A stretch of 64,000 nt of DNA from Chitinophagales bacterium (GCA_020635995.1 JACJYS010000009.1:3738-67737), one strand, 5' to 3'; shown: positions 55,498 through 64,000, counted from the first letter of the stretch. The notes: generated from the sequence alone by a model not told the origin. Program-made: numbers and translations.

Positions 55498-58400
55498 TTA
55501 CTCCTTAACCACTTTAATAGTTGTTTTTAAGTTTTTATCTGTAGTGAATTGAATAAAATAAATGCCATTGGTTAAATGACTTATGTTTATTTTATTATCA
55601 AAATTTTGTGCTTGAGAAACTACTTTGCCACTTAAATCAAATATTTGGTAACTGCTTAGTTTTAAATTATTATTGGTAAGCACCGTTATTAAACCATTAG
55701 TAGGATTTGGATATAATGTAATGTTATTTTTTACCCAATTTTCTTTAATACCCACATTATTGTCTAATATTTTAATAGATAAACAGACCGTATTATTGTT
55801 TTCATCGCTTTCTGTTATCTCATTATTTTTATCAGAAATTATTAAAATATATTGATTTCCTACACTTGAAGAAGTGGGAATGTTTAGCAGTGTATTAACC
55901 GTTTCAGAAGTGTTGTTGCTTCCTAAATTATGAGTAAATTCGCTAAGCAGCATATCGCTGGCATCAAAAATGCAATCATTAGATAAATAAAATGATAAAT
56001 TAACATCAGGCAAGTTTGAAGCCGTTTGGCTACCCGAATAATTATGGTTTACGTTTATGTTTATACTTTCGCTTTTTTCTACAGAATCCGGAGTTAGTGA
56101 ATAATTATTTAAAAACAAATCATTAGGTATTACAGGCTCGTTTACAGTTATAGGCAAGCAAGCGGTATTGTTATTTTCGTTTATTTCAGCTATGTTATTA
56201 TAATTGTCTGCTATAAATAAAATGTAATAATTTCCGGAAACTGTTGAACTTGGAATATTCAGTGTTTTACTTTCATTAATGCTATTATTATCGCTACCTA
56301 AATTACTTACCACAGCGCCTAAAGCCACATCATTATTGTCAAAAACGCAATCTGTAGATAAATAAAAACCCAATGTAGCATTTGCTAAATTAGCCGAAGA
56401 TTGACTTCCCGAATAATTATGATTAACAGAGGCAATTACATCATTGCCGGCTACTACGGTATTTATATTTAAAGACGGATTACTTAGTGTTACATCATTT
56501 GGATAAATAACCGTTATAGGTAAACACAGCGTATTATTGGTTTCATTACTTTCTGTAATATCATTATTACTATCTGCAATTATAAGAATTTGATACGTGC
56601 CTGGCACAGTTGATGGATTAATGCTAAAATTAACAGCCTCATATATTGATGGATTATTATTTCCTAAATCGCTAATTTCTGTTCCAAGCAATACGTCTGA
56701 CGCATCGTAAGAACAATCATTAGATAAATAAAAAGAAACAGCAACATCATTAAGTGCTGATGAATTTTGCCCACCGGCATATACTTGATTAACTCCTACA
56801 GTTATATTCGTATTAGAATCTACCATATTATTAGAAACCGTAGCTCCACTTAGGGTTATATCTTCCGATGGAGTAGGGCAGTCAACCACTAAATCATAAG
56901 CACTGCCACTTCCGTCATCTGCATCTACTACTACGTAATATGTTTGCCCGGCTATAGCACCATTAAAAGTAGCACTTGAAGAAGAAACTGTACCTAAACA
57001 ATCGGAAGCATCACAACTTCCTAAAATATACACATCTAAATCACCCGTAAAATTACTGATAGTGGCAGTAAGTGTTCCTGTAAAATTGGGTATAATGGTG
57101 TGTACTCTTTCTGGTCCTGTTTCTGTCCAGTTGTTACAGCCATAAGTGCTTATAACATTAGGTGCAGAAGAAGCATTGCCATGATACGACACGCCACAAG
57201 TAAGAGCCACAGCTCCGCTACAATCTAATGTTGGCGGAGGTACAACTTGAAAACTAATGCATGCCATATTATTGCTTTCATTTTGTTCTGCAAAAGCATT
57301 CATAGCATCGGCTACAAAAATTATATTACAATTTCCAGTACTTGTATTTTGTGGAATATTGAGCGTAGCAGTTTCTAACTCACTGGTATTATTAATATCT
57401 AATATTGAAGAATCACTACCTAATAAAATGTCATTGGCATCTAAAGTGCAATCTGTAGATAAATAATATTGTACAACAGAATAGCTATTGTTAATAGTAT
57501 TGCCACTATAATTTTGGCTTACGCTAACTTGAATATTCTCACCGGCTATTACATTGGTATTAGAAGTAATTTGAGCATTATTTAAAGTAAAATCGTGTTG
57601 TTCATTAGCACAATTTACTATTAAATTATAAGCACTGCCACTTCCGTCATCGGCATCTACTACTACGTAATAGGTGTGCCCTGCCACCGCATTATTATAT
57701 GTAGCACTTGAAGAAGAAACTGTGCCTAAGCAGTCAGAAGCATCACAACTGCCTAAAATATACACATCTAAATCGCCTGTAAAATTACTGATAGTTGCTG
57801 TAATTGTTCCGCTTGTAGTAGGTGTTATGGTGTGTACTCTTTCAGGCCCTGTTTCTGTCCAGTTGTTGCAGCCATAAGTTCCTACATTAGAAGATGCAGA
57901 AGACGCAGAGCCACTATAACTAACGCCACAACTTAAAGCTACAGCACTAGAGCAATCTAATACTTGCGGGCTGCATGTTAAACCTAAATCGCTTTGTAAG
58001 GCTTCATAGTATGCTAAAGCAAATTGATTTCTCCAGCTATTGCTTAATAATTTGTTCAAATCGCTGGTGTAATCTACAAAACCTATTTCGTTTAAACAGC
58101 CCACGGCATTTGTAGGGTGCAATACGCCTAAATGAAAGTTTAAATAAGTGTAATCTTCTACGCATCTTCTTGAGTTCCAGCTTCCGTAGCTTACCATTTG
58201 GTCTTGCACTTCTTGGGCAAAAGTTTGACATTCGGCATTTGAAGAAATACTATTATTGCACCAAAAAGTTTCTGTTCCTGTGCCTCCACCGGCATTGCAG
58301 TGTACGCTTAAAAATCTATCGGCTCCCCAGTTGTTTGCCATTGTAGCTCTTTGCGATAATGAAGGAAAATCGCCACAATCATTTGATTCTCTGGTTAAAT

Positions 58401-58614
58401 ATGTGGTAACGCTGGTACAATAATTACTAAAAAGAGAGTCTAATTTTAGAGAAACAGCCATTGCCGTTAAAATTTCGTGGTCAGAACGCACGTTAGAGGT
58501 ACAATTTTGAGTGCAATCGCTACAATAGCCATGTCCGGCATCTATTACAACCACCTGTGCAAATGAAAATTGTACTATAAAATAGAGTAGTGTGGTAAAT
58601 ATTATTTTTTTCAT
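55498..58614 (-). CDS. T9SS cargo: N-acetylmuramoyl-L-alanine amidase (Amidase_3) fused to 2 PPC-like and about 5 CARDB-like domains and a C-terminal sorting domain
   Basis: VVIDAGHGY and SVHCNAGGGTGTETF (amidase). Two copies of DLDVYILGSCDASDC...YYVVVDADDGSGSAY. E(S/T/N)NN(M/T)xC(I/L) endings of CARDB-like units. The C-terminus reads LYPNPTNGLITVL...GIYFIQF...IKVVKE. Confidence 0.8.
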   Translation of the reverse strand: MKKIIFTTLLYFIVQFSFAQVVVIDAGHGYCSDCTQNCTSNVRSDHEILTAMAVSLKLDSLFSNYCTSVTTYLTRESNDCGDFPSLSQRATMANNWGADRFLSVHCNAGGGTGTETFWCNNSISSNAECQTFAQEVQDQMVSYGSWNSRRCVEDYTYLNFHLGVLHPTNAVGCLNEIGFVDYTSDLNKLLSNSWRNQFALAYYEALQSDLGLTCSPQVLDCSSAVALSCGVSYSGSASSASSNVGTYGCNNWTETGPERVHTITPTTSGTITATISNFTGDLDVYILGSCDASDCLGTVSSSSATYNNAVAGHTYYVVVDADDGSGSAYNLIVNCANEQHDFTLNNAQITSNTNVIAGENIQVSVSQNYSGNTINNSYSVVQYYLSTDCTLDANDILLGSDSSILDINNTSELETATLNIPQNTSTGNCNIIFVADAMNAFAEQNESNNMACISFQVVPPPTLDCSGAVALTCGVSYHGNASSAPNVISTYGCNNWTETGPERVHTIIPNFTGTLTATISNFTGDLDVYILGSCDASDCLGTVSSSSATFNGAIAGQTYYVVVDADDGSGSAYDLVVDCPTPSEDITLSGATVSNNMVDSNTNITVGVNQVYAGGQNSSALNDVAVSFYLSNDCSYDASDVLLGTEISDLGNNNPSIYEAVNFSINPSTVPGTYQILIIADSNNDITESNETNNTLCLPITVIYPNDVTLSNPSLNINTVVAGNDVIASVNHNYSGSQSSANLANATLGFYLSTDCVFDNNDVALGAVVSNLGSDNNSINESKTLNIPSSTVSGNYYILFIADNYNNIAEINENNNTACLPITVNEPVIPNDLFLNNYSLTPDSVEKSESININVNHNYSGSQTASNLPDVNLSFYLSNDCIFDASDMLLSEFTHNLGSNNTSETVNTLLNIPTSSSVGNQYILIISDKNNEITESDENNNTVCLSIKILDNNVGIKENWVKNNITLYPNPTNGLITVLTNNNLKLSSYQIFDLSGKVVSQAQNFDNKINISHLTNGIYFIQFTTDKNLKTTIKVVKE

Positions 58615-59561
58615 TTAATAAAGCTTGAAATGTTTAATTCATAAATACCTTCTTTATTCATATCGCTGTATATAATTGAAGTACTGTTTTTAAAATTAGG
58701 ATAAGCCTCAAAAATATCTTTAGTATTTGTTATTTGTGTTTGTTTGCCTGTATTAACATTCCATAAAAATATATCGGAATTAGATATTTGGTGTCCGTCA
58801 GTACTTTCATCTAAAAAACCAATTAAGTAATTTCCGGAAGGATGCCACGAAGTGTGAAGTCCTTTTCCTAAAATACTTTCGGTGTTTGTTTTTAAATCTA
58901 TTAATACAATTTCGCTTCCATTGTTTGCCGCTAAATATTTGCCATTTGGCGAAGCTAACAAATTGTAGTATCGTTGTTTCTCCTTTCCAAAATTCCATTC
59001 GTTGTTTTCATATTTTGCTTTAATGCTCAAAGATTTTTGGTCTAAATAAAAAATAGTATCGCTATATTGTAAAGAAGCTAAAGATGTTAAGGCGGGATAA
59101 TCGGTAAAAGATTGTTTTTTATTGCCGTTAATATTGATGCTACTGAATTGCATTTTATAATTTTCTTTGTATTTGTATAAAATAGTTTCGCAGTCTTTAG
59201 CCCAGCTAACGTTGTTTTTAAGTCCTTCTTGTTGCAAAACTACTTTGCTTTCATTTGTTTTGGCATTAAATACCGTTAATTGGTTTCCTTCTTCGTTTAA
59301 ATAAAAAAACATAGAGCCATCGGGGCAATAATGAGGTTCAACGGCATCAGATTTTACTAAAAGGGTAGGTGTTGTATTTTCTTGTTTCTCAATGTTGCTT
59401 TCTGTTGCCGTTACTGTATTTTCATTTTGTTGTTTTACAACAGCTTGTTTTTCTTGTGTGTTTGTGGTATTAGTAATAGCGGTTTCGTTCTCAGAGCTAT
59501 TATTATTAGAGCAGGAAAGTAAACTGGCAAAAAATACTATTTGCAATATAAAGCACTTCAT
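58611..59561 (-). CDS. Lipoprotein with a TolB-like (PD40/WD40-like) beta-propeller
   Basis: FFASLLSC lipobox, a low-complexity linker, and repeated SPNGKYLA/WHPSGNYL-type propeller blades. The stop overlaps the start of the amidase gene (ATGA). Confidence 0.65.
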   Translation of the reverse strand: MKCFILQIVFFASLLSCSNNNSSENETAITNTTNTQEKQAVVKQQNENTVTATESNIEKQENTTPTLLVKSDAVEPHYCPDGSMFFYLNEEGNQLTVFNAKTNESKVVLQQEGLKNNVSWAKDCETILYKYKENYKMQFSSININGNKKQSFTDYPALTSLASLQYSDTIFYLDQKSLSIKAKYENNEWNFGKEKQRYYNLLASPNGKYLAANNGSEIVLIDLKTNTESILGKGLHTSWHPSGNYLIGFLDESTDGHQISNSDIFLWNVNTGKQTQITNTKDIFEAYPNFKNSTSIIYSDMNKEGIYELNISSFIK

Positions 59562-59672
59562 TGGTAGAAAAAGTTTAATTGCATATAAAGGTACAAAATG
59601 AAATGTACAAAATTATTGTAATTATAAAAATTATAACTACACTAAAGAAAAGTTGCAAAATCTGTCTGCCTA

Positions 59673-59842
59673 AATTTGTCATCTGCTGTTTTATAACATT
59701 TTAGTATTTTTGATTACAGTCTACCGACAGATAGATTTGGTTACCTTTGTGTCAAGACAAAGGTAAAAAAATATAAACTGTAATTAATTTACTTAAACGC
59801 CCCAATATGCTATATTAAAGTATAAATTATTGGTATAAAAAA
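59673..59842 (+). repeat. Intergenic repeat family B, copy 2 (170 bp)
   Basis: Collinear with 18306-18477, including TTGGTTACCTTTGTGTCAAGACAAAGGTAAAAA and TTACTTAAACGCCCCAATATGCTAT. Confidence 0.75.
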
Positions 59843-59874
59843 TATTCAGACTTAGAAAAAATGGCAATAATACG

Positions 59875-60072
59875 CTATTTACAAGTTTTAATGCCAAAAA
59901 GCGTGTATAGCGGACAAAAACTAACTATACTTGTTAGTACAAATACTCCTGCCAGCACTAAAAGAACAATGCCCAAAGTTCCTGTAACGGTGTGGGTGAA
60001 ATAAAGTGTGGCAAAAATTACAGCAACTATCAATCTGATAATTCTATCTGTGGTTCCCATATTTTTTTTCAT
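59875..60072 (-). CDS. DUF2892 (YgaP-like) small membrane protein
   Basis: GTTDRIIRLIVAV...SFCPLYTLFGIKTC is the typical DUF2892 pattern. Confidence 0.75.
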   Translation of the reverse strand: MKKNMGTTDRIIRLIVAVIFATLYFTHTVTGTLGIVLLVLAGVFVLTSIVSFCPLYTLFGIKTCK

Positions 60073-60149
60073 GATAAAAAGGTTTTGTTTAATTGAATAA
60101 AGTTAGTGTTTATTTTTAAATTATTATGTGATTAAACTCACAGAGTATG

Positions 60150-60851
60150 CTACACATTTACACCAAACAAATAACCTACTACGGCCGTTAATACCATAGC
60201 TACGGTTCCCCAAAAAGAAATTCGTAAAACTGCTTTAGTTATGCTTGACCCACCTGTTTTTGCAGCTAATGCTCCCATAATCATTAAAAATAAAATAGAA
60301 AAACCATAAAGGGAATATTCAATAGTATTAAGTGGTAAAAATAACGTAACTAAAAGCGGTAATATTCCTCCGGCAGTAAATGCAGCTCCTGAGGCTAAAG
60401 CGGCTTGTATAGGATTTGCTTGGCTCATTTCTGTAATACCTAACTCATCTCTAATATGGGCAGCTAAGGCGTCTTTTTCGGTTAGTTCTTTGGCAACAAG
60501 CATGGCGGTTTCCTTTTTTAAGCCTCTTTCTTCATAAATGTGGGCTAAACGTTGCAATTCTATATCTGGCATTTCTAAAAGTTCTTTTTTTTCTCTTTCT
60601 ATATCAGATTTTTCAATATCTGTTTGAGAACTTACAGAAACATATTCTCCTGCTGCCATAGATAATGCTCCGGCTACTAATCCCGCTAAAGCGGCTAAAA
60701 CAATAGGCTGTCTTAAATCGCTGGCGGCAGCTACACCTATAGCTAAACTGGCTGTAGAGAGTATGCCATCATTAGCTCCTAAAACGGCCGCTCGTAGCCA
60801 ATTACTTTTGTGTATATAATGATTGTCTAAATAATCGTTTTCTTCCGACAT
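60150..60851 (-). CDS. VIT1/CCC1-family iron/manganese transporter
   Basis: LRAAVLGANDGILSTASLAIGVAAA plus a central acidic helix and C-terminal TM helices. Confidence 0.85.
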   Translation of the reverse strand: MSEENDYLDNHYIHKSNWLRAAVLGANDGILSTASLAIGVAAASDLRQPIVLAALAGLVAGALSMAAGEYVSVSSQTDIEKSDIEREKKELLEMPDIELQRLAHIYEERGLKKETAMLVAKELTEKDALAAHIRDELGITEMSQANPIQAALASGAAFTAGGILPLLVTLFLPLNTIEYSLYGFSILFLMIMGALAAKTGGSSITKAVLRISFWGTVAMVLTAVVGYLFGVNV

Positions 60852-60884
60852 AATATTTGAGGTTTAATTTTTAGTTTATACCGA

Positions 60885-61088
60885 TTAGGAATATATTTTT
60901 AGTTGTTTTATTAGCTCTATTGGGTTAAAAATGGACATAGTTCTCCTAAGGTTGTACACCGTAAAGGCTATGGCTATCTCTGTAAGCACCTTTTCTTTGG
61001 TTCGTACTAAGGTATGGTCTAAGTGCCACTGCCTCTTAAGTGTGCCAAACTGATGCTCAATTATTTGTTGTTTTTGTCGGTATTGCAT
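60885..61088 (-). pseudogene. C-terminal stub of an IS5/IS1182-type transposase
   Basis: IIEHQFGTLKRQW...AFTVYNLRR matches the conserved C-terminal block of that transposase type. Only about 67 codons remain. Confidence 0.6.
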
Positions 61089-61434
61089 ACCTCAAAGATA
61101 ATATACTTATATCCAAGCTATATTTTTTCTTGTAAACTTGTCCACAATACGGTGTGTAGGTTATTGCACAGTATGACGGTAAATTGTATGAGTAGTGGCA
61201 GATAGCGAGTAGTTTCCTGTCAAACTGCTACGCAGTTTGAGTGGGCTACAAACCTTGAAATTTGGCACTTTGCCTGCCATTACTTATACAAAATGTTATG
61301 GGCTGGTTTTAATTATTAAGAAGACAATCAACGGTATGTAATAATTGCTTGCTTTGCTCAGAGTTGAAATCTTCTTAGACATATCCATCAGAAGTCCAAA
61401 TTCTTATTGTTTCAACTTCTTTAGTCCTAAACAT

Positions 61435-61920
61435 TTATAGCTCTTTCTTGCGTCCAAAAACGCCTCCAAAATATTGAGTATACTTCGCATCACAGTTAAA
61501 GTCTGCATCATTTACTAATTCAATTCTTGTTCCATCTCTAAATAGAACGTTCATTTTATCATCATCGTCAATGCAGTTGCCAGCACCTACAGCTTGAATA
61601 CTAAATATGATTGAACCTCTGTCACTTTTCAGAATATAAAAACCAAATCCGTTTTTTCCTCCGTCTTTGGACACGATTAACATTTCCTTTGCAGCAACAG
61701 TTGATTTTCCTGTTACTTTGTCTACTTCAGTTGAAATATAGTTACTGCAATCAGAACTATTAATAGGTTCTTGTTTTTCTATACTCGTTTCTACATACTT
61801 CCAAGTACCATCATCATTTAGAATAACTTTTTTTCCGTCATTTGTTGTAGCTTCGGTTTGTGCAAATGTTGATAATACTGTAAATACTAAAATAGAGATT
61901 GTAAAGATTGTTTTTTTTAT
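61435..61920 (-). CDS. Secreted hypothetical protein; no canonical start codon (an ATA where ATG is expected)
   Basis: The frame is open from 61932. Reading from the ATA at 61920 gives (M)KKTIFTISILVFTVLSTFAQ, a signal peptide, then DGKKVILNDDGTWKYVE. The track only reports the internal Met at 61683. Confidence 0.5.
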   Translation of the reverse strand: MKKTIFTISILVFTVLSTFAQTEATTNDGKKVILNDDGTWKYVETSIEKQEPINSSDCSNYISTEVDKVTGKSTVAAKEMLIVSKDGGKNGFGFYILKSDRGSIIFSIQAVGAGNCIDDDDKMNVLFRDGTRIELVNDADFNCDAKYTQYFGGVFGRKKEL

Positions 61921-62263
61921 TTCTATTAAATTTTATAAGTTAATTTATATTGATTCTTGTCATTAGACTTTTCAGTTCCGTTTTGTTTTTTCAAGTGGCT
62001 TCAGGTTTCACATTATTATTATACTTTACCAAAACTAATTTGTGGAGGTTCTCTTGTCTGTTTCATTCCGGTATGTCGTTTTTTTAGCTTGCACCCAACA
62101 ATTACACATCAACAAAAAACTTGTTGATATATTTCTTATTGTCGTATGCAATATTAGTTATTATATTTATATTTTACAAGTTATTCTTGTGTTTTTGTCA
62201 TTTTTTGAAAATGTTAATGACACCCGCTCTACCTTTTTAATCTATTTCTTTACAAAATATTGT

Positions 62264-62271
62264 TATTTTTG
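62264..62271 (+). promoter_or_regulatory. Candidate -7 box TATTTTTG, 4 nt upstream of the lpxD ATG
   Basis: Matches TAnnTTTG. The spacing implies a leaderless or near-leaderless transcript. Confidence 0.35.
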
Positions 62272-62275
62272 CACG

Positions 62276-63307
62276 ATGCAAATTACCGCAGCAGAATTGG
62301 CACATCTACTTAATGCAGAAATTGAAGGCAATCCAAAGGCTTTAGTCAATAAATTAGTTAAAATAGAGGAAGCCGATAATGAATCTTTATGTTTTATAGC
62401 TAATCCTAAATACGAGCATTTTGCAGAGCATACCAATGCCGGAATTGTAATTATTGCTAAGAAGTTTTCAGCACCCAAAAATAAAAACACCACTTATCTT
62501 AAAGTTGACGATCCCTATAGTTCTTTTGCTATTTTGTTAGATAAATTTTCTTCTTTGCAAAATCAAGGTAAAACGGGTTGGGAAAAGCCTTACTTTATTC
62601 ATGAAACCGCCAAAGTAGATAAAAACACATACTTAGGAGCTTTTGTGTATGTAGGAAAAAATGCAAACATAGCCGCTAACGTTCAAATTTACCCCAATAC
62701 ATACATAGGCGATGATTGTAGCATTGCAGAGGGAAGCATTATTTATTCGGGGGTACATTTATATAACAATACACAAGTAGGAAAAAATACCATTATTCAT
62801 TCGGGAGTAATTATAGGCTCCGATGGTTTTGGTTTTGCTCCGCAAAAAGACGGTAGTTTTAAAAAAGTACCACAAACGGGAAAAGTGGTAATAGGAAATA
62901 ATGTAGAAATAGGAGCTAATACCGTTATAGATAGAGCTACTTTAGGAAATACAACTATACACAATGGCGTAAAACTTGATAATTTAGTGCAAATAGCCCA
63001 CAATGTAGAAATAGGAGAGAACACGGTTGTAGCTGCTCAGGCAGGAATATCGGGAAGTACAAAACTGGGCAAAAATGTAATGGTAGGAGGGCAAGTAGGT
63101 TTTGTGGGGCATATAACTATAGCCGATGGCACAAAAATAAATGCCCAAAGTGGCGTAAGCAAAAGTGTAGATAAAAAAGGAAGTTCATTGTCCGGTTCAC
63201 CGGCAGAAAATTTCCGTCAGCATTATAAAAATATAGCATTAACACGTCAATTATCTTCCATGCTTGAACGTATAGAAAAATTGGAACAAGAATTGAGAAA
63301 CAAGTAG
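62276..63307 (+). CDS. lpxD: UDP-3-O-acylglucosamine N-acyltransferase
   Basis: MQITAAELAHLL start, left-handed beta-helix hexapeptide repeats, and a C-terminal coiled helix. The track start at 62042 is an artefactual extension. Confidence 0.9.
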   Translation: MQITAAELAHLLNAEIEGNPKALVNKLVKIEEADNESLCFIANPKYEHFAEHTNAGIVIIAKKFSAPKNKNTTYLKVDDPYSSFAILLDKFSSLQNQGKTGWEKPYFIHETAKVDKNTYLGAFVYVGKNANIAANVQIYPNTYIGDDCSIAEGSIIYSGVHLYNNTQVGKNTIIHSGVIIGSDGFGFAPQKDGSFKKVPQTGKVVIGNNVEIGANTVIDRATLGNTTIHNGVKLDNLVQIAHNVEIGENTVVAAQAGISGSTKLGKNVMVGGQVGFVGHITIADGTKINAQSGVSKSVDKKGSSLSGSPAENFRQHYKNIALTRQLSSMLERIEKLEQELRNK

Positions 63308-63308
63308 T

Positions 63309-64000
63309 ATGAATTTATATCAACAAACCATTAAAAACGAAGTTAGTTTAGCTGGTGTAGGCTTACATACAGGTCAAGAAGTTACACTAACTTTTAAGCC
63401 GGCTCCTGCTTTTCACGGAGTGAAATTTAAAAGAGTAGATACAGCAGAGCAAACTATTATTCCTGCCGATTGCGATTTAGTGATTTCTGTAGAAAGAGGT
63501 ACAACTTTAGAGAAAAACGGTGTAAAAGTGGCTACTGTAGAACATCTTATGGCAGCAGTTTTTGGTTTGCAAATAGATAATTTATTAATAGAAACCAACG
63601 GAGTAGAAATTCCAATTTTAGATGGTAGTTCTTTGCCTTTTATAAAAGCATTAAAGCAAGCAGGTATAGTAGAACAGCAAGAAGAACGAGAAATTTTTGA
63701 GTTAAATGAAACTATTTCTTTTAAAGATGCAGAAAAAGATGTAGAAATGTTGGCTATGCCAAGTAGCGATTATAAAGTAACGGCTTTAATTGATTATCAA
63801 TCTAAAATACTGGGGCAGCAACATTCTTCTTTAGATAAACTTGAAGATTTTGAAAAAGATTTTTCTGAAGCACGTACATTCTGCTTTTTGCATGAGTTGG
63901 AGTATTTGTATGAATCGGGGCTAATAAGAGGTGGCGATTTAAACAATGCCATAGTGGTAGTAGATAAACCCGTAGGAGATGATGAATTGGGAAAACTTAG
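63309..64000 (+). CDS. lpxC: UDP-3-O-acyl-GlcNAc deacetylase LpxC (usually fused to FabZ in Bacteroidota); the gene runs off the right edge
   Basis: My own translation from the ATG at 63309 gives MNLYQQTIKNEVSLAGVGLHTGQEVTLTFKPAP...VATVEHLMAAVFGL...IPILDGSS. Confidence 0.85.
   Translation, partial: MNLYQQTIKNEVSLAGVGLHTGQEVTLTFKPAPAFHGVKFKRVDTAEQTIIPADCDLVISVERGTTLEKNGVKVATVEHLMAAVFGLQIDNLLIETNGVEIPILDGSSLPFIKALKQAGIVEQQEEREIFELNETISFKDAEKDVEMLAMPSSDYKVTALIDYQSKILGQQHSSLDKLEDFEKDFSEARTFCFLHELEYLYESGLIRGGDLNNAIVVVDKPVGDDELGKL

Noticed and set aside
55498-58614. Periodic nucleotide repeats in the 1038-aa gene considered as a CRISPR-like or satellite array.
   Set aside because: The repeats are 300 bp or longer, in frame, and encode PPC and CARDB protein domains. 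There are no short direct repeats with unique spacers.
62042-62275. N-terminal 78-codon extension of the lpxD ORF in the track.
   Set aside because: The extension has no homology and reads as promoter-like AT-rich spacer. A TAnnTTTG box lies inside it, and LpxD homology begins exactly at the ATG at 62276.
1-64000. Search for tRNA, rRNA, tmRNA, RNase P and known riboswitch signatures, for example GGTTCGAATCC-type T-arms or a yybP-ykoY-like leader before VIT1.
   Set aside because: I found no T-arm/acceptor combinations or rRNA-like stretches by eye. The VIT1 upstream region is only 33 nt before an IS stub. A covariance-model scan (Infernal/Rfam, tRNAscan-SE) would be needed to be definitive.

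Overview
AT-rich chromosomal segment from a member of the Bacteroidota. The phylum call rests on three large secreted proteins with T9SS C-terminal sorting domains, TAnnTTTG -7 promoter boxes, an lpxD-lpxC pair and Na+-NQR. I saw no rRNA, tRNA or CRISPR array. Layout: (1) 0.8-12.7 kb holds nqrABCDEF, cls, apbE and an AsmA-like gene. (2) 12.7-27 kb is housekeeping: murQ, rhodanese, HMG-CoA lyase, AI-2E transporter, yggS, scoA/scoB, class IV aminotransferase, a T9SS M12B metalloprotease, an orphan HNH nuclease and an AidB-like acyl-CoA dehydrogenase. (3) 27-30 kb is repeat-dense and carries an alpha/beta-hydrolase and aqpZ. (4) 30.1-38.8 kb is a tetR-tolC-hlyD-ABC (CecR/YbhGFSR-like) efflux operon plus an AtoE-like transporter and a His-rich MerC-like protein. 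The block is bracketed by inverted 64-bp repeats. (5) 38.9-47.1 kb holds a flippase, a VWA/DUF1573 protein and a BNR-repeat T9SS protein. (6) 47.2-53.1 kb is a seven-gene, translationally coupled DarA/DarB dialkylresorcinol cassette with a BtrH-like protein and an ABC-2 exporter. (7) 53.1-62 kb is an accessory stretch. It contains a PD-(D/E)XK gene destroyed by nested IS insertions, a T9SS peptidoglycan amidase with a partner lipoprotein, DUF2892, VIT1 and another IS stub. (8) lpxD and the start of lpxC close the window. The best candidates for something new are the stand-alone Dar cassette, the amidase/lipoprotein pair, and several families of structured intergenic repeats. One of these repeat families is a promoter-carrying repeat whose perfect palindrome has its loop flipped between two co-oriented copies. 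All family assignments come from reading the translated ORFs by eye. No searches were run.
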